Below are positions 1-8,418 of a DNA stretch of 25,872 nucleotides, piece by piece. Where the stretch lies: contig CAMWJY010000001.1 in the NCBI GenBank assembly GCA_947174685.1, positions 1-25,872 on the forward strand, given 5' to 3'. Position 1 is the first letter of the stretch; each line of letters starts with the position of its first letter. The notes under the pieces are model-generated. The model searched no databases, was not told where the DNA came from, and worked only from the letters and a program-made list of their open reading frames with translations. Origin of the DNA: an uncultured Mollicutes bacterium (GTDB lineage: Bacteria; Bacillota_I; Bacilli_A; Acholeplasmatales; Anaeroplasmataceae). The translations under genes and the position numbers were made by a program.

Positions 1-24
1 CTAAACTATAGCTAATTAAAAAAA

Positions 25-40
25 TTCCAGTTGACTGGAA
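25..40. other. Inverted repeat TTCCAGT-tg-ACTGGAA, either an operator or a hairpin/terminator
   Basis: Perfect 7-bp arms at 25-31 and 34-40. Flanks CTAATT (12-17) and AATTAG (41-46) are also complementary. The A7 run at 18-24 would be a U-tract on the minus strand. Function not resolved. Confidence 0.3.
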
Positions 41-133
41 AATTAGATGAGTCTTTTATATGTTTTATTTCGTTGTTTCTGATTCTATACTATATGTTTG
101 GTAATTATTAGACTTTTGTTATTTATAGATTTA

Positions 134-142
134 TGGTATAAT
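134..142 (+). promoter_or_regulatory. Extended -10 promoter element (TGgTATAAT) for ORF1/ORF2
   Basis: Perfect TATAAT at 137-142 preceded by TG at 134-135, about 35 nt upstream of the likely start. No convincing -35 at 17 bp spacing. Confidence 0.6.
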
Positions 143-177
143 AATTGTCGAAGATTGCTAAGATCGGATGTGTTATG

Positions 178-2067
178 ATGAATTTTAAATTTAAAAGGAA
201 ATATTTTATTTCTTTTAATCTTATATTTTTAATATTACTAATGGGATGTAGCTCTCATAAGCATACTCTAAAGGACTATGAATATGATGATCATTTACAT
301 TGGAGAGAATGCGAGGTTTGTCATGAAAAAGAAGAGTTTTTTTATCACACCTATTCTCCGTGGACAATTGTTATAGCTCCAACAGAAACAGAAGATGGTT
401 TAAGAAAACAGGTTTGTAATGCCTGTGGTTTTGAAAGAACTGAGGTTGTTTTACCGGTTGCTCATACCCATCAATATGGAGAGTGGAAGATTGTAGAAGC
501 ACCTACAAAAACGTCATTTGGGAAAATAGCTAGAGCTTGTGAATTGGATCCTTCACATAAGGAAGAAGCAGATTTACCTGCTTTAAATATTTTTTCCTAT
601 CATTACATGCTGATATCAGAAGCTACTTGTAGTTATTCTGGTCTAGAAAGATATGACTATTATAAAGATGGAGAAATATTTAGTTTTGAGGTCAATTTAC
701 CAATAAAAGATCATCCTTACTCTGAAAAATGGTTTTCTAATTCTTTAGGTCATTATCACCTATCAACATGTGAACATATTGGAGTAGAAAGTGATTTTGA
801 GCCTCATAGCTTTTTGAATGGTTATTGTTTAGTGTGTGATTTTGAAGAACCAGTAGAAACTCACGAGCATTCTTTTGGCGAATGGAAATTAGTAGAGGAA
901 CCTACTTTGACTTCTGAAGGTCAAGTAATACGAACCTGTTTAACTAATAATGAGCATACGGAAAGCTTTATATTACCTACTTTAAATCAGAATGATTATA
1001 AATTTCAGGAGCTTTCTGCTTCAACCTGTGAGATTCAGGGAAATGCAAGCTACACTTATGAAAAGGATGGAGCCACGTTTACCTTTGAGGCATCCTTGCC
1101 TTATGCAGAACATCCTTTTGCAGAGAGATGGACTAATGATAATATCAACCATTGGCATGCAGCACTTTGTTCCCATAATACAGAAAAAAAGGATCAAGAG
1201 CAACATCAGTTTGATAAAGGAAAATGTGTCATATGTGGTTTTATAGATTACACAGAAAATCTAATTTATGAGTTAAATGAAGATGAAAGTAGCTATAGTA
1301 TTGTAGGAATTCATTCTTTAACAGAAACTCAAATTGTAATACCTTCCCGGTACTTAAACTTACCTATAACAAAAATAAAAGAGTCAGCTTTTAGAAACTC
1401 GACTGCAATTGAATATGTTAAAATTTGGGATGGCGTTGTAGAAATTGAGGATTACGCATTTGCCAATTGTATTAATTTATCAGAAATAATCTTCCCAAAT
1501 ACTTTAAAAAGTATTGGTAGTAATAGCTTTGCCAATTGTAGTAAATTAACGGATGTAATTTTATATGAGGGCTTTGAAAGCTTAGAAACTTATGCGTTTT
1601 ATGGTTGTCAAAATCTAAAGACAATATCCATTCCATCAAGCATAAATTATATAGGAAATAGGGCATTGTCAGATACTGCCTTAATGGGAACGCAATATGA
1701 AGCAGGGTGTTATTTAGGAAATGAAGATAATCCATATTTGATTTTTTATAAACCACTTGATTTGGGTGTTCAAGACTACATAGTTCATGACAACACAGTA
1801 TTTATTTATGATTATGTATTTAGCCAAAATCATTCCATAGTATCTATAATTATTCCTAAGTCTGTACAATTCATAGGTAAAAATAGTTTTTCATCATGTG
1901 AAGTATTACAATACATTTATTATATGGGTACAGAGGAGGATTATCAAAGAATAAAGGTAGATACTGGAAATACAATTGAAGAGTATATTCTATATTATTC
2001 GGATAATCCGTCTTTAAAAGGGGAATGGGGATTTGATGAAAATCATATTCCATATCCTTATGAATAA
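178..2067 (+). CDS. Putative surface lipoprotein with Cys/His-rich repeat stalk and C-terminal BspA-type (LRR_5) leucine-rich repeats, about 629 aa
   Basis: The track ORF is 145..2067, but its TTG at 145 lies only 2 nt past the -10 box. SD-like GGATGTG (166-172) favours ATG 178 (175 is possible). Basic N-terminus, hydrophobic stretch and lipobox-like L-M-G-C (Cys codon 247-249; Met at -2 is atypical). HxH/W/PT/CxxC repeats run to about 1242, then LRR_5-type 'IPxxxxxIxxxAFxNCxxL' repeats from about 1330 to 1910. Confidence 0.85.
   Translation: MNFKFKRKYFISFNLIFLILLMGCSSHKHTLKDYEYDDHLHWRECEVCHEKEEFFYHTYSPWTIVIAPTETEDGLRKQVCNACGFERTEVVLPVAHTHQYGEWKIVEAPTKTSFGKIARACELDPSHKEEADLPALNIFSYHYMLISEATCSYSGLERYDYYKDGEIFSFEVNLPIKDHPYSEKWFSNSLGHYHLSTCEHIGVESDFEPHSFLNGYCLVCDFEEPVETHEHSFGEWKLVEEPTLTSEGQVIRTCLTNNEHTESFILPTLNQNDYKFQELSASTCEIQGNASYTYEKDGATFTFEASLPYAEHPFAERWTNDNINHWHAALCSHNTEKKDQEQHQFDKGKCVICGFIDYTENLIYELNEDESSYSIVGIHSLTETQIVIPSRYLNLPITKIKESAFRNSTAIEYVKIWDGVVEIEDYAFANCINLSEIIFPNTLKSIGSNSFANCSKLTDVILYEGFESLETYAFYGCQNLKTISIPSSINYIGNRALSDTALMGTQYEAGCYLGNEDNPYLIFYKPLDLGVQDYIVHDNTVFIYDYVFSQNHSIVSIIIPKSVQFIGKNSFSSCEVLQYIYYMGTEEDYQRIKVDTGNTIEEYILYYSDNPSLKGEWGFDENHIPYPYE
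463..1242 (+). repeat. Tandem duplicated 133-aa Cys/His-rich module inside ORF1
   Basis: Unit A starts HTHQYGEW (463) and ends GYCLVCDF (843). Unit B starts HEHSFGEW (862) and ends GKCVICGF (1242). Offset 399 nt, colinear throughout (APT/EPT..G, EATC/ASTC, KDG..F.FE..LP, HP....W.....HxH...C.H). Confidence 0.85.
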
Positions 2068-2082
2068 GTTTGGTGAAATGAT

Positions 2083-5000
2083 ATGATGAAAAATAAAAAA
2101 ATATGGATAAGCGTAGGCGTTATTCTTTTGGTAGGAATTATATTAGCAATTGTTTTACCATTAACCCTAGGCAATTCTAAAAAAATAAAATATAATATTT
2201 CTTTTGACTCACAAACTGTTGTTTATGATGGCGAGCTTCATTATTTAGAGGTGGTAGGAGATATTCCTCAGGAATATGAAGTGGTATATGATAATAATGG
2301 TCATAAAGATGTAGGAATATATGAAGTTAAAGCAACTATAAAGAAGCAGGAAAGCATAGTTGAAGAATTATCTGCTAGCTTAACTATTATTAAGGCGAAA
2401 ATATCAAATATTTCCTTGAATGATTTGACAGTTCCCTATGATGAGCAAGAGCATTTCTTATCCATTTCTGGAGATTTACCAGAGGATGTTGTAGTAAGCT
2501 ATGAAAATAATGGTAAAGTCAATGCGGGTACTTATGAAGTTGTTGCTCACTTTAGTGAATCTAAAAATTATGAGCCTTTAGGTGATTTAAAAGCCATCCT
2601 AACTATAGAACAAGTTGATTTGGATTTAGAGTCTATATCTTTTACAGATAAAGAATTTACTTATGATGGTATTTTAAAAGAGTTAAAAGTAGATGGTAAC
2701 CTTCCTAAAGGAATTATAGCAAAATATGAGAATAATGCTCAAATTGACGCAGGTATTTATGAAGCAAAGGTAATATTTGAGGATACGTTGGGGAATTATA
2801 AGAGCTTAGGAGAAAAGAAAGCTAAGCTTATCATAAATAAAGCCACATATGATATGTCAAATGTCTTATTTCAGACATTAGAGGTTATCTATGATGGAAA
2901 TGTTCATTCGATTTTAGTTGAGGGTGAGCTTCCTGAGGGAGTTCGAATTCTTAAATATACAGATAATGAAAAAGTGAATGCTGGTACTTATTTGGCTATA
3001 GTTGAGTTTGTTAGTGATAATGTTAATTATAATCCTGTAGAGCGAATGGAAGCGATGCTAACAATTAAGAAGGCAAGCTATGATATGTCCAAAGTAAAAT
3101 TCGAGAATCAAACATTTATTTACGATGGCGAGCTTCATACACTGAGTATTGAGGGAGATCTACCAACTGGTGTAAAGGTGAACTATTCATTAAATCATTT
3201 AAAGGATGTTGGGCAGCTTCTTGTCACAGCTAGCTTTACTATTCCTGATGAACAAAACTATGAGCCTATTCCTTCAAAGCAAGCTTATTTAACAATTGTA
3301 CCAGAAACTTTATCAGTTTCATTAGCCAATCAAACTTTTCCTTATGATGGAAAACAGCACTTCTTAGAATTAGAGGGGGATTTGCCTCTTGGTGTAGTTG
3401 CTCAGTGGGAGAATAATGGTCAGATTGAGATAGGAAGCTATGAGGTTACTGTGTCCTTTAACATAGAAGCGTATGCTTCTCTTACAGCAACTCTAACAAT
3501 TGTAACAGCAGATATTGATATGTCTAATATTTATTTTTATGGGCAGTCTTTTGTTTATGATGGGCAGCCTCATACTATAGAAATAACTGGAGAATTACCA
3601 GAACTGGTGAAGGTTAGCTATATTAACAATACAAGAACTGAGCCAGGAAGGCAAACTGCAATCGCTGTATTTGAGGTATTAGATAAAAAGCATTATAATG
3701 AAATTCCGAATATGACTGCAGAATTAGTCATAATTGAAAATCAAATTGAAGGCATTACATTTCAGGATAAAACCTTTATTTATAATCAAACCTACCAAAG
3801 TATTTATGTTGAAGGTGACCTTCCAGAAGGAATTATAATTACCTACACGAATAATGGAAAGAAAAATGTTGGTGTATATGAGGTTACAGCTTCTTTTGAA
3901 GATACGACTGGAGTATATGGTCATCTTGATGATATGGTTGCAAAGATGACGATTCTTCCTGCTCGCTTTGCTCAAAATGGGGTTTTGTTTTTAGACAAGC
4001 AATTTACCTATGATGGAAAAGTCCATTCTGTGGAAATCTATTGTAATGATTTACCATCAGATATTATAGTGAAATATGAAAATAATAATCAAGTGGATGC
4101 AGGAACCTATAGGGTAAAAGTTTCATTCATAGATTTAGAAGAAAACTATTATCCAGTTCCGGATATGTATGCAACTTTAACGATTCATAAAAAGAAAGTT
4201 AATATGGACCATATTCGATTTGAAAATGAGGAATACGAATATGATGGCAACCCTCATAGCTTAGTGATTCATGGTGAGCTTCCAAGCGATGTACAAGTAG
4301 AATATAGTCCCAACACTTTAACTAAGCTTGGCAGAATTGAAGTCACAGTAACTTTTATTGTAGATGAAAAGAATTATGAACCTATTCCTTCTAGGACGGC
4401 TTTCTTAACAATTACAAAAGGAGAGCTTCCAGATATTTATTTAGTAGATAAAACAGTTACATATGATGGAAATGTTCATTCAGTAGAATTGAGTGGTATT
4501 TTGCCTTCTGGCGTATCCATCCATATGATTAATAATGATAAAACAGAAGCAGGTACCTATATTGTTACTGCAGAACTAAGTGACAGTGAAGGTTTCTATA
4601 ATTCTTTAAAAGCAACCTTAACTATTTTAACAGCTGTATATGATGTCCAATTTAGTTTTTTAGATGAAACAGTTGTTTATGATGGTAATCCCCATACACT
4701 TACTATTACTGGGGATGTTCCAGAAGGGGTGCAGGTTGTATACAGCACCAATTCAAAAACTACAGCAGGAACATTAGTGGTAACAGCATCGTTTATAGGA
4801 AATCCAAACTATGAGCCTATACCTTTGATGACTGCCACACTAACAATACTAAAAAGAGAGATTACAGGAATTATCTTTGAGAGTGCGACCTATACCTATG
4901 ATGGTAGACCTCATAGAGTAGATGTTATTGGCTTAGATGATTATCCTGTAGATATTTATTACTACAACAATAATAAGGTTGATGCAGGTGAATATGAAGT

Positions 5001-8000
5001 TTTAGCAAGCTTTATATTAAGGAATGATAATTATAGCATTGTTCCAAATATGACTGCTCAGCTGATTATTTCGCCAATTCCTTTAGGTGAAATTCATATT
5101 GATGAGCAATTCTATATTTTGGATGGAACTGAGCATTATTTTAATGTTGATTTAGATTTACCAGATGGTATTATAGTAAGATGCTTAAATGATGGTCAAA
5201 TCTATGAAGGCACATATGAAATTACAGTGATTTTTGAAAGTGTTACTACAAATTACATTTTACCTGATCCAATTGTTACTCACATGACGATTCAAAGTGA
5301 TGGAAGCTTCCATACATTGAAATTTCATTTATCAGAAACTCAAACAGAGCTGAGAGTTGTTGAGAATGGTAAATCTTTAGAAGACATCCCTTCACCATTA
5401 CCTAGATTAGGATATGAAGGATATTATGATGAGGAATTTACTATGGTTAATTCTCCTATGGAGGTATATCCTAAGTATCGTCCTGCATTATTCCATATTT
5501 CCTTTAATGTAGAGGGTGTTGAAGATATTCCTGTATATTATTTAGACGAATATACTTTACCAACCCCTGTATTAGACGAATATGCATTTAAGAATTGGGC
5601 AGATTCTTCAGGAAATGTGGTAGAAGCTGGAACGTATTTATGGACAGAAAATATTCTTTTATACGCTGTATTCCAATGTAAAGTTGTGATTAAAAATCCT
5701 AATGAGCATGTTTATGAGGAATTGTATTTAGATAGTACAGAATGTATTTCTCCGGAATTCCCTTATAGCAGTTATTTTAAAGGCTTTTATTTGGATAAAG
5801 AGTATAATGAACCTTTTGATGCTTCTAAGCCTGTAGAAAGGAATTTGGAGCTATATGTGAAATATGAATATGATTTTAGCTTTGTTATAGAAGAAGAACA
5901 AGCAATTGTTGAAGAAATTCTTGACAAAACAAAGACAAAATATCTTTTCACAGAGCTTCTTTATGATTTATATCCTATAATATCCATTCCAGATGAGATT
6001 TTTTCAGGATGTAGTCAGGTTGAAGAAATTGGTTTGCCATATCTAGAATCAGATTTCGGCTGCCTTTTTGGAACTTTAGAATATGATAATAGCGTACTTG
6101 TTGAACAGCGTCAGGGAAGCTTCTATTTGCCTAATACTTTAAGAACAGTACGATTAGACATGGAAATTGTTCCTACCTTTGCATTTTTAAATTGTCAAAT
6201 GATTGAGACACTTTATTTAGAAAATATTGAGATGATTGAAGGATATGCCTTCTCTAATTGTACAGGATTAGAAGAGATTCATATCCAAAACTGTAAAATT
6301 TTTGATGAATCCATTTTTAATGGATGTACAGGAATAAATATTGTTCATACAGATTCTATTTCCTCATGGATGAATTTAAGGTTTTATAATATTTTAGCTA
6401 ATCCAATGTATTATGCCCAAGAAATTCTAGTTGATGGTACTTCGTTAGAGTACCTAGACTTAGATGAAGTAGAAGAAATAGCTGATTATCAATTCTATGG
6501 CTGGAATCAGATTGAGCAGGTTTATGCGTCAAATGTGCTTTCTATTGGAAATGAAGCCTTTATACAATGCTCAAGCCTTGATACAATCTGGTTATCAAGC
6601 CAATTAGAGGAAATCCATTTAGATGCCTTTGCAGGCTGTGAACAATTAAAAACTGTTTATTATGCTGGTACTTTAGAAAACTGGGCCCAAATAGCTTTTG
6701 AAAACCAATATTCGACTCCAATGGTGTATAATGCAACCTGCTACACAAAAATAAGTGGTGAGTATGGTATAGAAGAGGAACTTGATTTAGAAAATATTGA
6801 AAGCTTAATGGATTATCAGTACTATGGATTTAAGAATTTAAAAGTGATTTATGCACAGTCCATAGAAGAGTTAGGGATTATGTCCTTAGCAAATCTGGAT
6901 TATTTAGAAAAAATATATATATCAAAGAAGCTTAATAACATTAAGAATAATGCCTTTATGGATACAATTGTTTCAAAGGTATATTATGAAGATGATGTCA
7001 CAGATTGGTTAAATATTACGTTCGATAATCTTTATTCAACTCCACTTTGGAGCAACAGTGGGAATATTATTTTTGAAAAAACAGGTCTAGGTCTTGAGAA
7101 TCTAATTCTCGATGAAACTGTTGGAAATGTCGACGCATTCCAATTCTTTGGATTTAGAGACTTGAAAAATGTGGAATTAAAGGGAGATATTACCTCTATA
7201 GGAAGAAGTGCATTTAGTGGATGTATTTCCTTAGAATCCTTTAGTTTTTCATCAAATGATCAAATGGTCATTATGGAAAATGCCTTTTTAAATTGTGAAA
7301 TGCTCCAAAATGTTTACTATTCTAAGACGATGGAAGACTATACGAAAATTCAATTTGCAAATACTTATTCTAATCCTTTATGCTATAATGCACAGCTTTG
7401 GATCCAGGGGAGTGCTATAGAAGAGCTTGTTATTACGTCAAATCCAAAGCAATATCAATACTATGGCTTATCCTCCTTACGAAAGGTGACGCTTGGTGAG
7501 AATGTGAAGCAGATAGGTGCTTATGCTTTTGCAAGCTGTGATAATTTGGAAGAAATAGTAAATCTTGAACAAGTAGAGGTATTAGGCGTAAATGCGTTTG
7601 AAGGTGATTCAAGTCTTGTTGAATTATCCTTAAATTCTGTTCAAAATATTCCAAATTCATGTTTTATGAACTGTAGTAATCTTACTAAAATAAGTATTCC
7701 TAATGCAACTAAAATAGCAGATAATGCCTTTTTCGGTTGTAGTAAATTAACGGATATTTCTTTGGAAAGCATCCAAGAGATCGGAAAATCATCTTTTAAA
7801 GGATGTAGTAGCTTGGCGTCAATTCAGTTAAATAGTGCTACAAAAATAGGAAATGAGGCCTTCTTTAATTGCTATAATTTAGAAGAGGTAATGCTTTCTA
7901 ATTCGCTAGAAAATATTGGCTATGCTGCCTTCTATGGCTGTTCAAATTTAGAGCAAATTATACTTCCTACAAGCATTAAAAAGATAGAAGGAAATGCCTT

Positions 8001-8166
8001 TGCAGATGCTTCTAAGCTTGTTATTTATGCATGTTTTGGTGCAAAACCGAGTGCATGGAGTTCAAGCTTTGGATATGGAACGTCGGCAATTTATTGGTAT
8101 TCTAATGAATATAAAGAGGGAAATTATTGGCATTTCGGCACAAATAATCAACCAGAAATATGGTGA
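2083..8166 (+). CDS. Large membrane-anchored surface protein: N-terminal TM, 14 MBG-like repeats, about 3 InlB-B-like repeats, BspA-type LRR head (2027 aa)
   Basis: Track ORF. SD-like GGTGA at 2072-2076, and the start is 15 nt after the ORF1 stop, so probably one operon. N-terminus KNKK-IWISVGVILLVGIILAIVLPLTLG-NSKKIK looks like a signal anchor with no lipobox Cys. Repeat domains as annotated separately. LRR_5 consensus (I.I...AF.GC.SL) from about 5990 to 8020. Ends TGG TGA just before a terminator. Confidence 0.9.
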   Translation: MMKNKKIWISVGVILLVGIILAIVLPLTLGNSKKIKYNISFDSQTVVYDGELHYLEVVGDIPQEYEVVYDNNGHKDVGIYEVKATIKKQESIVEELSASLTIIKAKISNISLNDLTVPYDEQEHFLSISGDLPEDVVVSYENNGKVNAGTYEVVAHFSESKNYEPLGDLKAILTIEQVDLDLESISFTDKEFTYDGILKELKVDGNLPKGIIAKYENNAQIDAGIYEAKVIFEDTLGNYKSLGEKKAKLIINKATYDMSNVLFQTLEVIYDGNVHSILVEGELPEGVRILKYTDNEKVNAGTYLAIVEFVSDNVNYNPVERMEAMLTIKKASYDMSKVKFENQTFIYDGELHTLSIEGDLPTGVKVNYSLNHLKDVGQLLVTASFTIPDEQNYEPIPSKQAYLTIVPETLSVSLANQTFPYDGKQHFLELEGDLPLGVVAQWENNGQIEIGSYEVTVSFNIEAYASLTATLTIVTADIDMSNIYFYGQSFVYDGQPHTIEITGELPELVKVSYINNTRTEPGRQTAIAVFEVLDKKHYNEIPNMTAELVIIENQIEGITFQDKTFIYNQTYQSIYVEGDLPEGIIITYTNNGKKNVGVYEVTASFEDTTGVYGHLDDMVAKMTILPARFAQNGVLFLDKQFTYDGKVHSVEIYCNDLPSDIIVKYENNNQVDAGTYRVKVSFIDLEENYYPVPDMYATLTIHKKKVNMDHIRFENEEYEYDGNPHSLVIHGELPSDVQVEYSPNTLTKLGRIEVTVTFIVDEKNYEPIPSRTAFLTITKGELPDIYLVDKTVTYDGNVHSVELSGILPSGVSIHMINNDKTEAGTYIVTAELSDSEGFYNSLKATLTILTAVYDVQFSFLDETVVYDGNPHTLTITGDVPEGVQVVYSTNSKTTAGTLVVTASFIGNPNYEPIPLMTATLTILKREITGIIFESATYTYDGRPHRVDVIGLDDYPVDIYYYNNNKVDAGEYEVLASFILRNDNYSIVPNMTAQLIISPIPLGEIHIDEQFYILDGTEHYFNVDLDLPDGIIVRCLNDGQIYEGTYEITVIFESVTTNYILPDPIVTHMTIQSDGSFHTLKFHLSETQTELRVVENGKSLEDIPSPLPRLGYEGYYDEEFTMVNSPMEVYPKYRPALFHISFNVEGVEDIPVYYLDEYTLPTPVLDEYAFKNWADSSGNVVEAGTYLWTENILLYAVFQCKVVIKNPNEHVYEELYLDSTECISPEFPYSSYFKGFYLDKEYNEPFDASKPVERNLELYVKYEYDFSFVIEEEQAIVEEILDKTKTKYLFTELLYDLYPIISIPDEIFSGCSQVEEIGLPYLESDFGCLFGTLEYDNSVLVEQRQGSFYLPNTLRTVRLDMEIVPTFAFLNCQMIETLYLENIEMIEGYAFSNCTGLEEIHIQNCKIFDESIFNGCTGINIVHTDSISSWMNLRFYNILANPMYYAQEILVDGTSLEYLDLDEVEEIADYQFYGWNQIEQVYASNVLSIGNEAFIQCSSLDTIWLSSQLEEIHLDAFAGCEQLKTVYYAGTLENWAQIAFENQYSTPMVYNATCYTKISGEYGIEEELDLENIESLMDYQYYGFKNLKVIYAQSIEELGIMSLANLDYLEKIYISKKLNNIKNNAFMDTIVSKVYYEDDVTDWLNITFDNLYSTPLWSNSGNIIFEKTGLGLENLILDETVGNVDAFQFFGFRDLKNVELKGDITSIGRSAFSGCISLESFSFSSNDQMVIMENAFLNCEMLQNVYYSKTMEDYTKIQFANTYSNPLCYNAQLWIQGSAIEELVITSNPKQYQYYGLSSLRKVTLGENVKQIGAYAFASCDNLEEIVNLEQVEVLGVNAFEGDSSLVELSLNSVQNIPNSCFMNCSNLTKISIPNATKIADNAFFGCSKLTDISLESIQEIGKSSFKGCSSLASIQLNSATKIGNEAFFNCYNLEEVMLSNSLENIGYAAFYGCSNLEQIILPTSIKKIEGNAFADASKLVIYACFGAKPSAWSSSFGYGTSAIYWYSNEYKEGNYWHFGTNNQPEIW
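2191..5300 (+). repeat. 14 tandem MBG (mirror beta-grasp)-like repeats of about 68-77 aa
   Basis: Counted by eye in the translation. Consensus F.d.t..YDG..H.l.v.G.LP.gv.v.Y.NN....aG.Y.V.a.F.....NY.p.....A.LTI. The MBG family name comes from resemblance to this consensus and needs an HMM check. Confidence 0.75.
5301..5875 (+). repeat. About 3 degenerate InlB B-repeat / Listeria-Bacteroides repeat (Flg_new)-like domains
   Basis: Three units of about 60-65 aa: 'FHTLKF...IPSPLPRLGYEGYY...VYPKY', 'FHISFN...LPTPVLDEYAFKNW...LLYAVF' and '...YFKGFYLDKEYNEPFD...LELYVKYE'. They fit the LPxPx(K/R)xGYxFxGW...LYAxW pattern. Confidence 0.6.
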
Positions 8167-8170
8167 AATC

Positions 8171-8196
8171 GGCAGGGTTTATTCCCTGCCTTTCTT
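8171..8196 (+). terminator. Rho-independent terminator after ORF2
   Basis: Perfect 7-bp GC-rich stem GGCAGGG (8171-8177), loop TTTATT, CCCTGCC (8184-8190), then TTTCTT. Starts 4 nt after the TGA stop. Confidence 0.85.
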
Positions 8197-8381
8197 CAGC
8201 GCTTTTATGGAAAAATTAACACAAAAATATGGAAAAATTGTTAAAATTTGCAAAAAAAGAGTGACTTTTTGTTGAACATAGTTTTTTTGAAAATTTGCTG
8301 TAAATCACGCAATTTTCTCCTAAAATCATGCATTTTTTATAAAAAATATATATATTTATATATATTCTTCTTGTCGAATAG

Positions 8382-8410
8382 TTGAAATATGTATTGAAAT
8401 ATGATAAAAT
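8382..8410 (+). promoter_or_regulatory. Sigma70/SigA-type promoter of the giant ORF
   Basis: -35 TTGAAA (8382-8387), exactly 17 nt spacer, -10 TAAAAT (8405-8410) with extended TG (8402-8403). Very AT-rich upstream sequence could act as an UP element. Confidence 0.75.
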
Positions 8411-8418
8411 TAGATGAA

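Noticed and set aside
145-177. TTG start at 145 for ORF1 as given in the track
   Set aside because: It is only 2 nt downstream of the -10 box and has no SD. ATG 178 (or 175) has an SD-like sequence and gives a normal lipoprotein signal length.
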